In this document: piece after piece, positions 1-20,327 of the stretch
Position numbering within the stretch: position 1 is the stretch's first letter
Layout: the number at the start of each line of letters is the position of its first letter
NCBI GenBank assembly: GCA_018398765.1
Contig: JAHBMJ010000362.1
Location: 1 to 48,957, forward strand
Length of the DNA: 48,957 bases
Direction: 5' to 3'
From: Chromera velia
Lineage: Eukaryota
Notes under the pieces: generated by a model
Database searches by the model: none
Told to the model about the DNA's origin: nothing
What the model saw: the letters and a program-made list of their open reading frames with translations, nothing else
Program-made: the position numbers and the translations under genes

Positions 1-41
<41 letters not shown>

Positions 42-44
42 AGG

Positions 45-129
<85 letters not shown>

Positions 130-176
130 AGGGAGGGAGAGAGAGAGAGGGAGAGAGAGAGAGAGAGGGAGGGGGG

Positions 177-217
<41 letters not shown>

Positions 218-220
218 AGG

Positions 221-300
<80 letters not shown>
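1..300. repeat. (GA)n/(GGGA)n microsatellite inside an intron of the agmatine deiminase gene
   Basis: Directly visible; lies downstream of the minus-strand GTGAGT donor at 395. Confidence 0.95.
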
Positions 301-301
<1 letters not shown>

Positions 302-395
302 CGACACAATGCACACAACAACCCGCGTTTCAGCTTCCGCTCCACCTGTTCACGCCATCAGAAGACACAAAAAGACAGCAGCCATCCAAACTCAC

Positions 396-1541
396 CAGGA
401 GACGCGAACCGAGCGTAGAAGTCTGTGTGTCCATCCGTTATATCCTCACCTGAACGGACGGAGCATCAGAAGCACAAACGTGTGGACGCTTTCAAAACGT
501 CGCAGCACAACACACATGACCAAATACACGCTGATAGAAACACTTCCACACATACTGCCACTCGTGCCTAAACACAGTCGCCCTCTTCCTCCACATTTGC
601 CCTTCCACTCCCCATCTAAGCTCACACACTCCACACACGTACCCGCAATCCCTGGAAGCCAGATGATCTTCTCCAGGCCCAGAAGTTTCTTTAGCTCGGT
701 CTCCGCAGACTCCTTCGAGAGTTTTGGGTTTCTGTTCGCGTTGAGCACGCAGCTCTGAGTAATGATTGCCGTGCCCTCCCCGTCCACCTCGATCCCTCCC
801 CCCTCGAGGACCAGACGGGAAGGAACGAGGGGGACGCCGAGACTTCGGGCCATCACGTCTGCCACTGTCGCGTCTCTGCTGTGTGCCTGCTTCTTTCCCC
901 ATCCGTTGAAGTTGAATTTCACCGCCCTCAAAGGCGACGCCTCAGCACTGAATTCAACAAAGATTTACTCAGGTTGACCTTGACCCAGTCGGATGGAAGG
1001 AAATACAGCCAGCAACTGAGTGAGAGACCAAGAAGAGAGAGAGAGAGAAACAGACGGCATCAAGCAGACAGCAACTAAGAAGGGGACCAGGGAAGGAAGG
1101 AAGGAAGGAAGGAAGGAAGGAAGGAAGGAAGGAAGGAAGGAAGGAAGGAAGAAGTCTGCTTGGGAGAACCATCAACTTGCACAGGCACTAGAAGTAGACT
1201 GACGGAGTTTGTGAGTCCTCTCCCTCCGTCTCCCCCCTCACTGTAAAGATCGCGCCAGAGTCCCGAATCCAGAGGTCGTCCAGGAGGTGTTTCATGACGT
1301 GAATTTTGTGCGTCGGTTTCGCCTCCTGGCCCTGAAGCATCGATGAGAGGCGTGGGTGATCTTCCGGAGAGACGATCATAAAAACAGGTTCGTATTTCGC
1401 AATCGTCAGAGCGATCTTGAGAAGGTCTGCCTGCACCTCTGCCACTCTCTTCTTCCCCCAGATCTGTGGAGACGCCCGGAACGCCATCCAGATACCCTCG
1501 TGCTCCCCTCCCTCGTCAGACATACAGGATGAAGCCGACAT
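396..1541 (-). CDS. aguA: Agmatine deiminase / PPAD-family deiminase, 3'-partial; exons 1541-1204, 947-643, 449-396
   Basis: Spliced translation shows family motifs MSDEGGEHEGIWMAF, IAKYEPV, DDLWIRDSG, FNFNGWG, LEGGGIEVDGEGTAIITQSCVLNANRNP and WLPGIAGEDITDGHTDFYARF. GT-AG introns have matching phases (2, 1). The catalytic C-terminal Cys would lie beyond position 1. Confidence 0.93.
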
Positions 1542-2509
1542 TTTTGCTCGGGCATGTATAAATACAAGCAGATGCAGCCACTCCTTGGAGACAATTGATT
1601 GTACGGATTCAGTCTGGGCAACCGGGACGATTCTCAATGTAATGCAAGTGCCGACAAATGTCCGACTGTATATGCATACCACGGACCACTCCGAATTTGT
1701 CGGGGATACGTAGAGCGGGGCTCTGCCGCTCTGGTGACATGTCTGGTGCGGTGGCAGTATGGTGCTTCAAGCTGCCAAAAGGATGCCAAAAGCTATAGGA
1801 GACAGACTCGTGGAGACGGCTGCATGCGTGCAGGGAGACGGCATGCATGGATCGCCGTCTCGTGTATAGACGGAATCCGTTGTCAGAAGATTTCAATCTC
1901 TCTTCTCAGTGCATACAATGACGTCCGACACGTCCTGCTGTGACGGAGTCGTGTCGAACTTTCAAATAGGAGTGTCACATTCTAGTACTGTCGTGAATCC
2001 TGTGGGAAGTGTATGATGCTGTAATCGTCTTGGAGGAGGAGACGGCATTTGTTTCTTGTGTGGTTCGATCGATGATTCAAGGTCCTCATGATTCTTTCTT
2101 TCAAGCCCTCCCCAGGCGCCAGCATTGAATCTTTTTTCTCGATCCGATGCATCGGGCCGCAGCGTTTTCCTTCTTGAACAAAGGCCTCTCTCTGTCGGGT
2201 ACTGCCAGTCATCTGAAGTTCCTCGAAGAAAAGCATAGGCAGATCCTCTTGGGCTATCCAGGCCTCCCTCGACATGTGCTCAGACTCCACAAAATAGGTT
2301 CGTTCCTTCACTAACGCGTTCTCTCCTCACTTGCTCTTGTCTCTATCTTTTCCCTCCCCTGTCTGCCCCCCTTAGCTGTGTGGGTGCGAGAGAGGGAGTG
2401 TATGCGTGAGTAAGTCTGCATGAGATTCGTGGTTTTGATCTCTTCCACTGTTTCTGCAGCCTGTGCTGTCAGAAGGTCCCGACACCCGTCCATAGACCAG
2501 AGCCCCCTC

Positions 2510-4252
2510 ATGGGCTCGGAGAAGGAGACGGAGGTTGAGACTCAATGCGGACCTCTACCCCGCTGGTCGTCGTCTTCTTCTTCTTCTTCTTCTTCTTCTT
2601 TTCCCTCTCCCTCTCGTTCCTCTCTGTGTCCGTCTGTGTCGTTGGCATCGAAGGTCCTGAGTCGACCGCTCCTCACCTGCCGGCCTGTGCTGTACGCCGT
2701 CTTTTCCTCTAGAAGTACGGGGACCGCCCTCATTGCAACAAAGTCAGTGGCTGTGGTTCTGGTTCATTGTCAAAGGGAAAAAAGATAAGCAGAACTGCTC
2801 TTCCCGCTCCGTAAAAGTGCTCTAACAGAAACGTCGCGACTCTTTCCGTTCCCAAACGCCAGCCACGTGCATCCGCGCCCTGTCGAAATGATGAGCCGTA
2901 ACCATCGAGACTTCCACCAGAAGAAGGGAAGCAAGAAAGAGTCGCAGGGGAAGGAAGACAAAGGCCCTGGCCGCATCATTCTGTCCGGACAAGAAGGGAG
3001 ATGGAAAGAGAAAATGAGGCGGAAGGTGTCTGCGTAGATCTAGTGCCTGATCAAGCCTGTGTGTATATTCAGATTCTCTCACTGTATAGGCACAAAGCCA
3101 AAAGTCTTCCAGTTCTCCCACCCTTTTCCTGCCCTTCCCCCTTTTCCTGCGTGTCTGACTGTCACTCTGTTTTCCCCTCTGGTCTTGTCCTGGTTTCTGA
3201 GTTTCTCCGCCCTTCTGCCTGTCGAGCTCTTTGTCTGAGCGCATGTGCATCTTTGGAGTCTCTCCCCCCTCATTTTCCGCATCTCGTCTCTGCATGCATG
3301 TGTCTCCCTCTCTCTGCATGTCTCTGCATGTCTCTGCATGCATGTGTCTCCCTCTCTCTGCATGTCTCTGCATGCATGTGTCTCCCTCTCTCTGCATGTC
3401 TCTGCATGTCTCTGCATGTCTCTGCATGCATGTGTCTCCCTCTCTCTGCATGTCTCTGCATGTCTCTGCATGCATGTGTCTCCCTCTCTCTGCATGTCTC
3501 TGCATGCATGTGTCTCCCTCTCTCTGCATGTCTCTGCATGCATGTGTCTCCCTCTCTCTGTCTCTTCCTTCAGGTACGAGCCCGCTGCCGTCGACTTCTT
3601 CGACAGGTGTAACATCGCCAGACAGAGACAGGACGATCTGGAGCCCTATCGGTGGATCAGAGAGTCAGTCTGTCTTTTTTGTAAATGGAAATCCAGAGGA
3701 GAGAAGCAAATAAGAAAGGCTGGAAGAAAAGAGATGATTCAGGTGGAAAGGAGCAAAAAACAGACGGAAGCAGGCAGGTGTCGGACGGAAGGAAGAAAGG
3801 AAGTAATGATGGATCTATCTTGAGTCCTTATGGGAACGAGTGCCTGATGCGGCCTGATAAGTCTTGCCTGTTTTATGGTATCAACTTCTTTTGCTTCTTT
3901 CCGTATTTTTTCTCCCATTGTCGGAACCTTGTCTGCCTTTCTGGAAGTATTTGATGGTGGATGCGTCTTGCATCTGTCGCCCCATTCTAGCTCTCATGTC
4001 TGTGTCTCTTGTTAGGAAGATGTTGAGGATTCCTGCTTTTTTCCTGCCTTCCTTGCTTACATAGACACTCACGCAGACACACAAGAGAGAAAGATCAAAA
4101 TGCCTCCCTCCATTCCCCCCCCCCCTGGATTTTCTCCCCACCCACCTTGGCGTCTTCATCCTTCTTTTCGTCTCGGACACACGCACATGCACATTCGCAC
4201 ACACACGCTCTCTCTGTCACACCTGTAAACAGACGCACAGAGGGGCACACAC

Positions 4253-4332
<80 letters not shown>

Positions 4333-6129
4333 ACACAGACCGATAGAATGACGCAGTCTAGGACGCAGTAGCATCCCTCGCTTTCGCCCTCTCTGCATTT
4401 GTTTTTCTGCCTGGCGGTCTGTTTGTCTACATGTTTGTCTGTCAGTCGGCAGGAAGCGACGTGTGAATTCAGTTTTGATCACGTGAGGTCCTGTCGGGAG
4501 GTGTAGAGGCAAGGGGCGCTTAACTCTACACTTTTCGGGCCCCCTGCCCATGTTGTCTTAGTGACAGTGTATTCCCTCAGTTTTGGGTTCTGAATGACTT
4601 TTTTGTCTGTTAGGAAGGGGAAAACAAGGAGCGAAGAGAGCAGCACATGTTGCCTGCCTGTCTGTTTACCTGTCAGCCCATCTATCTGTCTGTCTGTCTG
4701 TCTGTTTCGAGAACGTTCTCTCTTTTTGTCTGTTGTGTGCATGAAGAAGAGAAGGGAGCAGAAGAAACATATGGTCTGTCTGTTTCTAGAATGGCAAGAA
4801 GAAAAAACGACAAAAAGAAGTCATAGTGTCTGTCTGTTAGTGTCTGAACCTCTGACTGACTGCCTGTCTGTGTCTCATGGGTTTGTTTTTTCCATGGCTT
4901 TCCCCCTCTTTTTTGTGTGTTGCGGAAGTAATGAGTAGCTTGTTTCCTCCATCGGCCACGTGAAAGAAAACTCATCGGAGGAGCAGATGCCCTCCCTGCC
5001 TCAGGCAGGGGGGGGCGCTGAAGTCCGTTTGTTTCCTTTGGGGCCTTCTCTGTTGGCTGGCCTGATTGTTCGTCCTTTCTTTCTTTGAACTTCTGCGTGA
5101 ATATTCTTTCTTCTTTCTTTTCTGTGGTTGGTGCTCTGTAAAGAGGAAAGAAGAGAAAACGAAGCGGTATTGTCTGTCGGTCTTTATGTATATTTGCCTG
5201 TGTGTCTGTCTCACTGTCAGTCTATCTGACTGTCTGTCTGTATGAAGGAGTCAAGAGAAAGAAAAAAAGAGCATCCAGTCGGTCTGTATGTTGTTCCGTG
5301 CGTGCTCGCTCTCCAATGTTCCCTGCCTTCCTTCTTCCCCTCCTGCGACTGTTGAAAGCGACAATCCCCGATTTCATACCGTGGGGGGAGTTTCCTGTTA
5401 ATTTCCCTCATTGGTTCCATTGATTGTTTTGACCTTTGCAGAGAAGGCCCCTCCAACCTCTACCTGTACCCAATTGAGGTTTTGGACCGCAACAGGCGGA
5501 GGGACTTTTACGATGCCGTCCTGCAGAGACGGCTCTTTTGGGAGAGGACTCTGGAACATTTGATAGACACCCTCGCATCCTCATCCCTTGAGGCTCCTGA
5601 CTCCATTGGCAACGAACCTTTGTTGGAGTCTCATTCACACACAGAATCTCCAACTCCCTCCCAGCCCTCCAGAGAGAAAAACTGGAGGCCTTGGATAAAT
5701 TCGCCCTCGAGAGTTTCTCCATCACAGAGGGAATGCAGGAGAGTAGACGTACAGCCCGACTCATCTGTGGCGTGTTCGAGTGGTCCAGCGCGATCTGCTT
5801 CGAGCACAGGGTCGTGTGGGGGGCTCGTTGAAGATTTTACTCGTGGGTTGGAGGTAGTGGAGAGAAACCGAGGAAAGGAAAGTTCAACTCTGGGAAGGGA
5901 ATCTGGAGTTGGGGAGAACGGGGGGGACCTGGGGTCTGCTTTGTGTGGAACCTCTGAGCAGGATTTGACAAAAGAGGTTAAGGGGGCCCTTGAAACCCGT
6001 CAGATGCGGAATCTGCAAGGGGGGGACCTTGAAAGAGACGAAAGGGCGGACTCCAACTCACAGCTCTTTTGGGAAGATCTGGACGGTGAACAGGGGACTG
6101 GGGCTACTCAGATCTTGAGTTTTAGCTAG
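2510..6129 (+). CDS. Hypothetical protein with a degenerate GIY-YIG-like segment; exons 2510-2742, 3574-3663, 5442-6129
   Basis: Two GTCAGT donors and YAG acceptors join in matching phase 2, giving ...[87 protein letters not shown]. Start could be 2420. The fold assignment is pattern-based inference. Confidence 0.65.
3285..3560. repeat. Intronic minisatellite built from TCTCTGCATG and CATGTGTCTCCC units
   Basis: Directly visible tandem array; contains several TGCATGCA copies. Confidence 0.9.
4449..4556. repeat. Dispersed structured short repeat, copy 1 (intronic)
   Basis: Core GTGTAGAGGCAAGGGGCGCTTAACTCTACACTTTTCGGGCCCCCTGCCC (4501-4549) recurs at 17972-18020 and 21669-21716. Companion motif CATGAAGAA..GGGAG..GAAGAAAC lies at about 4740. 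Confidence 0.85.
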
Positions 6130-6161
6130 TTTTTTTTATTCGTTCTGCATTGTTAATTAAT

Positions 6162-6228
6162 TGAATGAATGAATGAATGAATGAATGAATGAATAAATGA
6201 ATGAATGAATGAATGAATGAATGAATGA
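6162..6228. repeat. (GAAT)n microsatellite
   Basis: Directly visible. Confidence 0.9.
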
Positions 6229-6771
6229 CTATAACCGTCGGAGCCTAGCTCCTGGCAGTCCATGTTCATGTAACTACGTTTCGATGACACTGACATCATA
6301 CTATATGTTTCCTTTAAAAAGATTAGAAAAAAGATCAGTTGTCATTTAATTTATTGAAGCTCCCACTGCCTCCCAGTAATGAAGAATCTGTTAACTGATT
6401 ATAACTGATACAAAGATTATAAGAGTACAAACTCCTACTACTGTATACTAATACTATCTAGTAAGTTACTAGGCTTCTGCCGCTGCCGCCGCCGTTCAAA
6501 GCTTGAAAGAGTATATTAAATTTCTAAAAAAAAAATAGAAATATGGTTCAAAGTTATTTCTTAACTTTTTTGTAAAGAAACAAAAATAAATCAATTAAAA
6601 TTTGAATGAATTGATAAATTAACTTCAATTAAGGCGGTTAAAGCCGGTGCGCACACCACTATATACATGCAAAACTCAAAATTTAAAAGAATTGGTTTAA
6701 ATTACTGTTTAATTACACGAATTTATCTAGGAATTTATGTGTCGATCATAAAACATGCACGAAATATGGAA

Positions 6772-8238
6772 CTAGTATGTCCATCTTGTCAGCCATGGCC
6801 AGAGAACTTCTTCCATGCCAGGACCGCTGCCGTCTCGAAGGAGCAGCTTCTCTTGTCGGACACCAACAACCACTGCCGTCTCCCCAAGAGACAGGAGAGA
6901 TACACACCATTCCCGAAATTCTCGTGGAGGAACATCTCCTCCCCCTTCCGCCGAGTCGGACGAGACCAACAAATCGAACAATTCGTACCCCCACCGTTCC
7001 AACTGCCGCAAACAATCCACAACATTTGAAACCCGCTTTTCCCTCGCTGTCTCGCTATGCCTCGACGCCGTATCTAAAGGACTGAAAACCAGAATTATAT
7101 ACAACGGGCGCTTCACCAGATCTCCCCGTCTCCTTGTTTGGTGCATGTAACCGCGAAACCCATTCAAAATTCCACTCTCCTGTTCTCCTCCCTCCCCACC
7201 CCCAACGTCAATTTTCAACATTCCAAAACCCCTGTCACCCTGCCCTAAATCCCAATACAGCTCCTCAAAAAGAGAGTGAAGGGGTAACGATAGACTTGCT
7301 TTCGGGGGGGCCCTACACTCCACCCCAGCCGCTACCGCGTTCTCGCATGCAAATTGCGTCGGAAAAGCAAAACAGAGGCCGAAGTGGGATTCACAGCACG
7401 TCTCTCCGTGATCCGAGCCTCGGAAGGGACGTGGCAGACCCCTGTCTGATCTCTCAGGGGCCACGGCGATGTCTGACCGATTGGCCCCAGCCGGCTCATT
7501 CGAAGTCCGGATGACCCAGTTGACCTGTCTCACCGGAAGAAGCGCTGGTCGTTGGAGTGTGCTTTGCGGGGCCAAACTTTCCGGGGCCGCCTTGCACTTG
7601 CTGTTCTTTTCTGAACACATCTCCCAGGAGACGTGCGATAGACTGACGGGCGCGCATGTGCGCAGGCTTGGGTGTCTATATTCGGTTGTGTGGGTCGGCC
7701 GCCGCAGCTCTCTGGTGGCATGCCGGGGCCCGATCTCAGCAGTCATGTAGTCTGGGAGCAAGCTCTTGGGATCAAAGAACTTGTGACTGCCCTTGAAGAA
7801 TCCGCTGTGCACAATCGAAAACGTGCAGGCAAGGCGGGAACGAAAAGCACGCGAGCGGTCGATTGCCAAGGCCCGGATGCCCATCCTCTGCGCTAAACAC
7901 GCGAACGCCCCGTCCCCCCCCCCCACGTCCACTACAGAATCCTTCCCCCTCTTCAATGCGCCCAGAAGGGCCGTTGCCGCGTCTTCCGGGGCCGTGAAAG
8001 CCGGGCGGCTCCCGCAGTACAGGAGGGCGTTCAACTGCCCAACTACGGGGGGGGACATGAGGCCACACGAGGGGTGGAGCCTTCCACCCTGGGGGTTCGT
8101 CTGCGCAGTGAGGACTTGAAACAGCAGAGCCCTCCTTCTGGCAAATTCCGGACGCCAGAGGAATCGCCAGAGGAGGAGGGCAAAGCCGAAGAAGGAGGAC
8201 ACGAGGAAGAGGAACGAACAAGAACCGGGGAGGCGCAT
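6772..8238 (-). CDS. Intronless FkbM-like SAM-dependent methyltransferase with N-terminal signal anchor (488 aa)
   Basis: Hydrophobic N-terminus (FLFLVSSFFGFALLLW), motif I VVDVGGGDG, motif II ALAID, FkbM-like MLKIDVGG..E..ILNG and C-terminal L..WGYELF. Confidence 0.72.
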   Translation of the reverse strand: MRLPGSCSFLFLVSSFFGFALLLWRFLWRPEFARRRALLFQVLTAQTNPQGGRLHPSCGLMSPPVVGQLNALLYCGSRPAFTAPEDAATALLGALKRGKDSVVDVGGGDGAFACLAQRMGIRALAIDRSRAFRSRLACTFSIVHSGFFKGSHKFFDPKSLLPDYMTAEIGPRHATRELRRPTHTTEYRHPSLRTCAPVSLSHVSWEMCSEKNSKCKAAPESLAPQSTLQRPALLPVRQVNWVIRTSNEPAGANRSDIAVAPERSDRGLPRPFRGSDHGETCCESHFGLCFAFPTQFACENAVAAGVECRAPPKASLSLPLHSLFEELYWDLGQGDRGFGMLKIDVGGGEGGEQESGILNGFRGYMHQTRRRGDLVKRPLYIILVFSPLDTASRHSETAREKRVSNVVDCLRQLERWGYELFDLLVSSDSAEGGGDVPPREFREWCVSLLSLGETAVVVGVRQEKLLLRDGSGPGMEEVLWPWLTRWTY

Positions 8239-8789
8239 CCTGCCGGTAAGTCACAAAACCACCGGTCAGAGATGCAAGACCTCAAAAGCCAGAAAAGATT
8301 CGTCCCTTAGTGTGCCGACACTCTGCGCTTCCCAACAGACACAGCGCCCCCTCTCCTGCCGGAGGTGTTGGAAGGGCTACAAGAACGGAGGAGACGGCCC
8401 AGCACGAGACGGAACAACAAGCAAGGAAAGAGAATTCACAGGGACGGGATGAGTTACCTTTTCTGTACTGGAGGAACAACAAAACCTCGCAGCGAGCCTT
8501 CAAATGAACAAACTGATGGGGGACAGACTCCTAGTTGCAGTTCCACACGTTTCTATAGAGTCCAACGTGTTGTACAGGACAGAATCGGTCGTTTGTTCAT
8601 CTTCATGCCAGTCTTCGAGATGCAGCAAAAGCGACAGCTCTATCTGAATCAGCAGTTTCAGTGCGTCACAAATAGACGGGTGTTCCAGAACCGGTGCCGT
8701 TGCTGCAAGAGATTGTGGAAGAAGGATAATGAAGGATATCTGTTGGGGATGGTGGGCTAATAGTGGTGCCAGGACTTTTGTGCGAATTA

Positions 8790-8890
8790 AGGCTTCCGCG
8801 CGCGCGGGGAGGGGCGCCAGCATGGCGCCAGCGGGGGGGCGGAGCCTGCATGCATGCATGCATGAGGCCCCCATGCAGCTGGGGCCCGCC
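8790..8890. promoter_or_regulatory. GC-rich island with tandem TGCATGCA between divergent genes (FkbM-like and APC11)
   Basis: CCTGCATGCATGCATGCATGA at about 8845-8865. TGCATGCA is an established ApiAP2 binding motif; function here is inferred from position. Confidence 0.4.
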
Positions 8891-9353
8891 GAACGGCAAA
8901 GTTCAAGTTCAAGGTCTGTCACCTGGTCTGATCATGTCATGATCATGTCTGATCTCTCTTGCAAGTTAATTGCATCGATTCGAGCGTACACTTATATAGT
9001 ATGTCCATACGTGGCACATATGAACGTCCTTCATTGAGACCAGAGGAACAACTGTCTATCTCATTGCCGAATTGTATACGGTGCCATGCCCTTGCGCTTT
9101 TGTCGTTGTGACAGACTGAGTCTTGAGTGAGACGTCTCGTTGACCCAGGCTCCCTTTCCTTCGATCAGGAGTTCAATCCCGTCAGAAGCAAAGCGCTAAA
9201 ACCATTGCAAGATCTGCCGGATAGCGCCTCGGGGAGGTGTGTGTGGGAATTTTGGGTTTGTTTGTGGCTGAGGAGAGATTCTCCTGTTCCTTTGTTGCCG
9301 GAAGGAACTACATGCAGAGGAGAGGACTCTTCTTTTGGTTTGGTGCCTCAATC

Positions 9354-17003
<7,650 letters not shown>

Positions 17004-17487
17004 ACAAAACAAAGCCGGTGCTGCGGGTGCCGGCGGGAATTGTAGTGATCATTCTTTTGTGAGAATAGACAAACTGCAGACAAATTCTTAAGTCATCAAT
17101 TCTCCTTTCTTGGATTTTGTGCTGTCGTAAATCGTTGATGCGTGGTATGAAGAAAAAACAGAAGAGCAAGACTTTCTCATATGTATTCTGATGTAGTTAT
17201 GAAGCATCAATATCGGCTTTAGATATATGTGCTGTAGGTCTGTCTGTATGAGACACAAAGACAAAGAGACCCACAGTTTCTTCTGCAGTCTGTTTCAGTC
17301 TTCATCGGCTAATGACGCAAAGAACAGACGAAAAAAAAAAACCAGTGTGTCTTTGTATATTTTCCGTGGAGTGTTTTTCGCAGTTTCGTTTTTACATTGC
17401 TCTTTTCTTTGTTCCTTCCTTCCTTCCTTCCCTCCTTCCTTCCTTCCTTCCTTTCTCTCTCTCTCTCTCCCCCTCTCCCTCTGTGTT

Positions 17488-17578
<91 letters not shown>

Positions 17579-17919
17579 CTGTCTGTCTGTCTGGCTGGCT
17601 GTCTGTCTGTCTGTCTGTCTGTCTGTTCGGCCCCACCAGCACCGTCGCTCTTTCCGTATGGGACTTTGAGAGTTTCGTTACCGCCGAAAGAGTCCTCCCG
17701 CAAGATACGAAGACACAGCATCAGAAGAATCCCCCTCCGCCGGGGCGCCCCCCCACCCCCCCACCCCTGTCTAAAGACCATGACGGTGCCGGTCCCTGCA
17801 TGCAGTTGTGTTTCTTTTTTTCTTTTTTTGTTTTTTGTTTTTTGAATTTTTTCCTTTTTTGTTTTTTGGAAAGTTTTTTGTCTTGTCTTCTTTTCTTCTC
17901 TTTCTTGTTTTGAGTGGAA

Positions 17920-18135
17920 GCAGCAGAGGAGTAGCGTGTGAAACCAGTGATCACGTGAAACTCTGTCGGGAGGTGGAGAGGCAAGGGACGCTTAACTCTC
18001 ACCTTTCGGGCCCCCTGCCCACGCTGTTTGATTGTTGATGCTGTTCTTTTGTCTTTGTTCTTTCTTTCTTTTTGTCTGTGGTGTTCATGAAGAAAAAGAG
18101 GGAGAAGATGAAGAAACATATAGTCTGTCTGTCTG
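17920..18135. repeat. Dispersed structured short repeat, copy 2, with companion motif and (TCTG)n
   Basis: Aligns with 4449-4556, including the upstream CGTGTGAA..CAG..TGATCACGTGA...CTGTCGGGAGG block. Confidence 0.85.
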
Positions 18136-18149
18136 TCTGTCTGTCTGTC

Positions 18150-18243
<94 letters not shown>

Positions 18244-19679
18244 TGAGCATATACGAAGCCCTTTTACATCTTTTTGTCATTCGCAGGGTGATAGTGATAG
18301 TACTGAAACAGTGATAAACACAGAGTGGGAAGTAGCGGGAAGGCTTAGCATGGAACTAATCAATGAATTAATCCATCAACCAGGAGTTGAACTCAAACAG
18401 TTACTAAGGAACCAATCTCCATGACTATGACTATGATACTGCGGAACCAATGAATTATCAAATATTAAGTAGCGATTTAATTTTTTACAGCGTGTTAATA
18501 CATATGCGTTGATGATCGAGGTTTTTGTTATGCATACCGCGTCCTTGTATTACCCTGTATATATACCTACATATGAGGTGCGGATCAAGCCTAGTTTGTC
18601 CGAAGGTTCCGCTTTTTCCTGTGCAACTTTTTAGCAACATTGTAAAGTATAACCTATTTGAGATAACTAGTTTCCCCTTCAAGTAAACACTATCTTCACA
18701 TTCTTCAACTTTTCCTTAATGATTTGAGCACTAGTTTGAGTATTTAAAAAAATATAATTAAGGGGTTTCTTACTGAGACAACGTCCTCGTTTGAAGTCAT
18801 TCTTGACTATAATATACCTACAGTTTTGATTTTTTTTTTTTATAGGCAGAGCTATAGCGTACTATAGCGGTTGACGCTGTTTGACTACAGTATCTTCTTA
18901 GAAAGTCTGATTGATTAAGGTTTTTTGCGTGAGAGTCTGACTGACTAGGGTTTCTTTCTATTAAAACGTTTTTTTAAAAAATAATTTTTATTGCTGTATA
19001 TCGTATAATATCATATGCATGTCGTTCTTCTCATTTTTAAATTAAATGACTTAACTAATCCTCTAGCTAATCCCTTATATCCAGTCATTTTTCTCGCGAC
19101 AGTGGACTGCAGAGCAACCCGAAACATTAATCAATCAATCCTATTCTATCCTTTTCAATGTTCTTATGAGCTCGTACAACAGTTACGCCTCGTGTTGTAG
19201 CCAATAACTACCAATAATGTAACTATCAATAACATAGCTAAAAAGAAGTTTTGAAACTCTTTTCTTTTTCATACTGGCAGATCTGTTTATTCCTTTTCCT
19301 AAAGGTTTCTCCATAAAGAGTACGTTCGATACTACTTTTGATGCTTTTTCTTTTTTTACGAGTAGTTTTTCTTCTCCCTCACATTTTTATTTAGCGAAGG
19401 TCTCTCGGCCTGCTAAGCTTGGAATGTCAACTAAAGGTTTTGTCTTAGGGTTTTGTTAAGTATACCACGTCCCCATAGCTTAAAAGAGTTTTAAAACTTT
19501 TTCCACTAGGTGGGTGGGTGGATGTTTTTCCTAGAAGCTTTTCTCCTAAAGAGATGTTTTGAAGCTTTTTCTTCTTAGTATTGGCGGGGCCGTAGCACCC
19601 GCCGCTGACAGAAATTCTGCTGTTGGCAGACCCATTGGATCCCCATAGCCCATTACAGTCGTCATAGTGCAATGACCTG

Positions 19680-20327
19680 CTCCGAGCTACGACAGGCTGC
19701 TGTGTGATCCAGCCCGAGCGCCAGCCAGGTAAGTTTAAGCAGAGACCGCTTTTTTTGGGGGGGTCCAGCCATTCCGGTTTTTCCAAGGAAAAAAAAAATG
19801 CACACGCGCGCACTTCGGCATGTTCGAGCAGTCTCCCTCATCTGACTTCCCCTGTCCTTATTTGCGCAGAAGACCACGGAGTTGGATCACAGAGTGCTCG
19901 GAGAGGCAGTGTTGAACATTTTGGGCAAGAGAAGCTTGCACCCCCATGACGATCATTGAGGCATCGTCTTTTCTTTTTCAATTCTGCAGGGAACAGTGGA
20001 GACGGCCAACAAGGCCGCCACGGGCAAACCGATGGAGGAGAGTGGCGTTTACACTTCACTGATTGACAGTCTTCATCCATTGTGCCTGATTTCCATCGGG
20101 AGGGTGAGAAGGCTTCATTTCTGCGGTGTAAGCGTGAGAGAGACAAGTCCCATGTTGTCTCACTTTTCCTTCCTCTCTGATCTTCCTGTGCTATCTGCCG
20201 TCTCCTTGGTTGTCCATATCAGTCGTGGCTGTTTTGGGCAGATTGAGGCTTGACAGAGCAAATCTGGTGGACGCACTGAGTGTCTTTGCTGTTGTACCAG
20301 AGCGCTGTAGATCAAGTTTCAGAGCGG
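19680..20327 (+). other. Possible fragment of a spliced gene or pseudogene, product unknown
   Basis: Donor- and acceptor-like sites at 19729, 19869, 19989, 20104, 20241 and 20328 bracket coding-like blocks (KTTELDHRVLGEAVLNIL; LRLDRANLVDALSVFAVVPE). No consistent full model or homology recognised. Confidence 0.22.

Noticed and set aside
1982..2511. Short minus-strand ORFs between the deiminase and the hypothetical gene
   Set aside because: No recognisable motifs or splice support; probably intergenic or UTR.
2822..3823. Overlapping repetitive ORFs (MQRHAE/CMSLH)
   Set aside because: Translation of the intronic TCTCTGCATG minisatellite.
17935..17970. GTGAAAC motifs suggesting a hammerhead ribozyme
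   Set aside because: No CUGANGA core in the required position was seen, and the motif is not conserved in copy 1.
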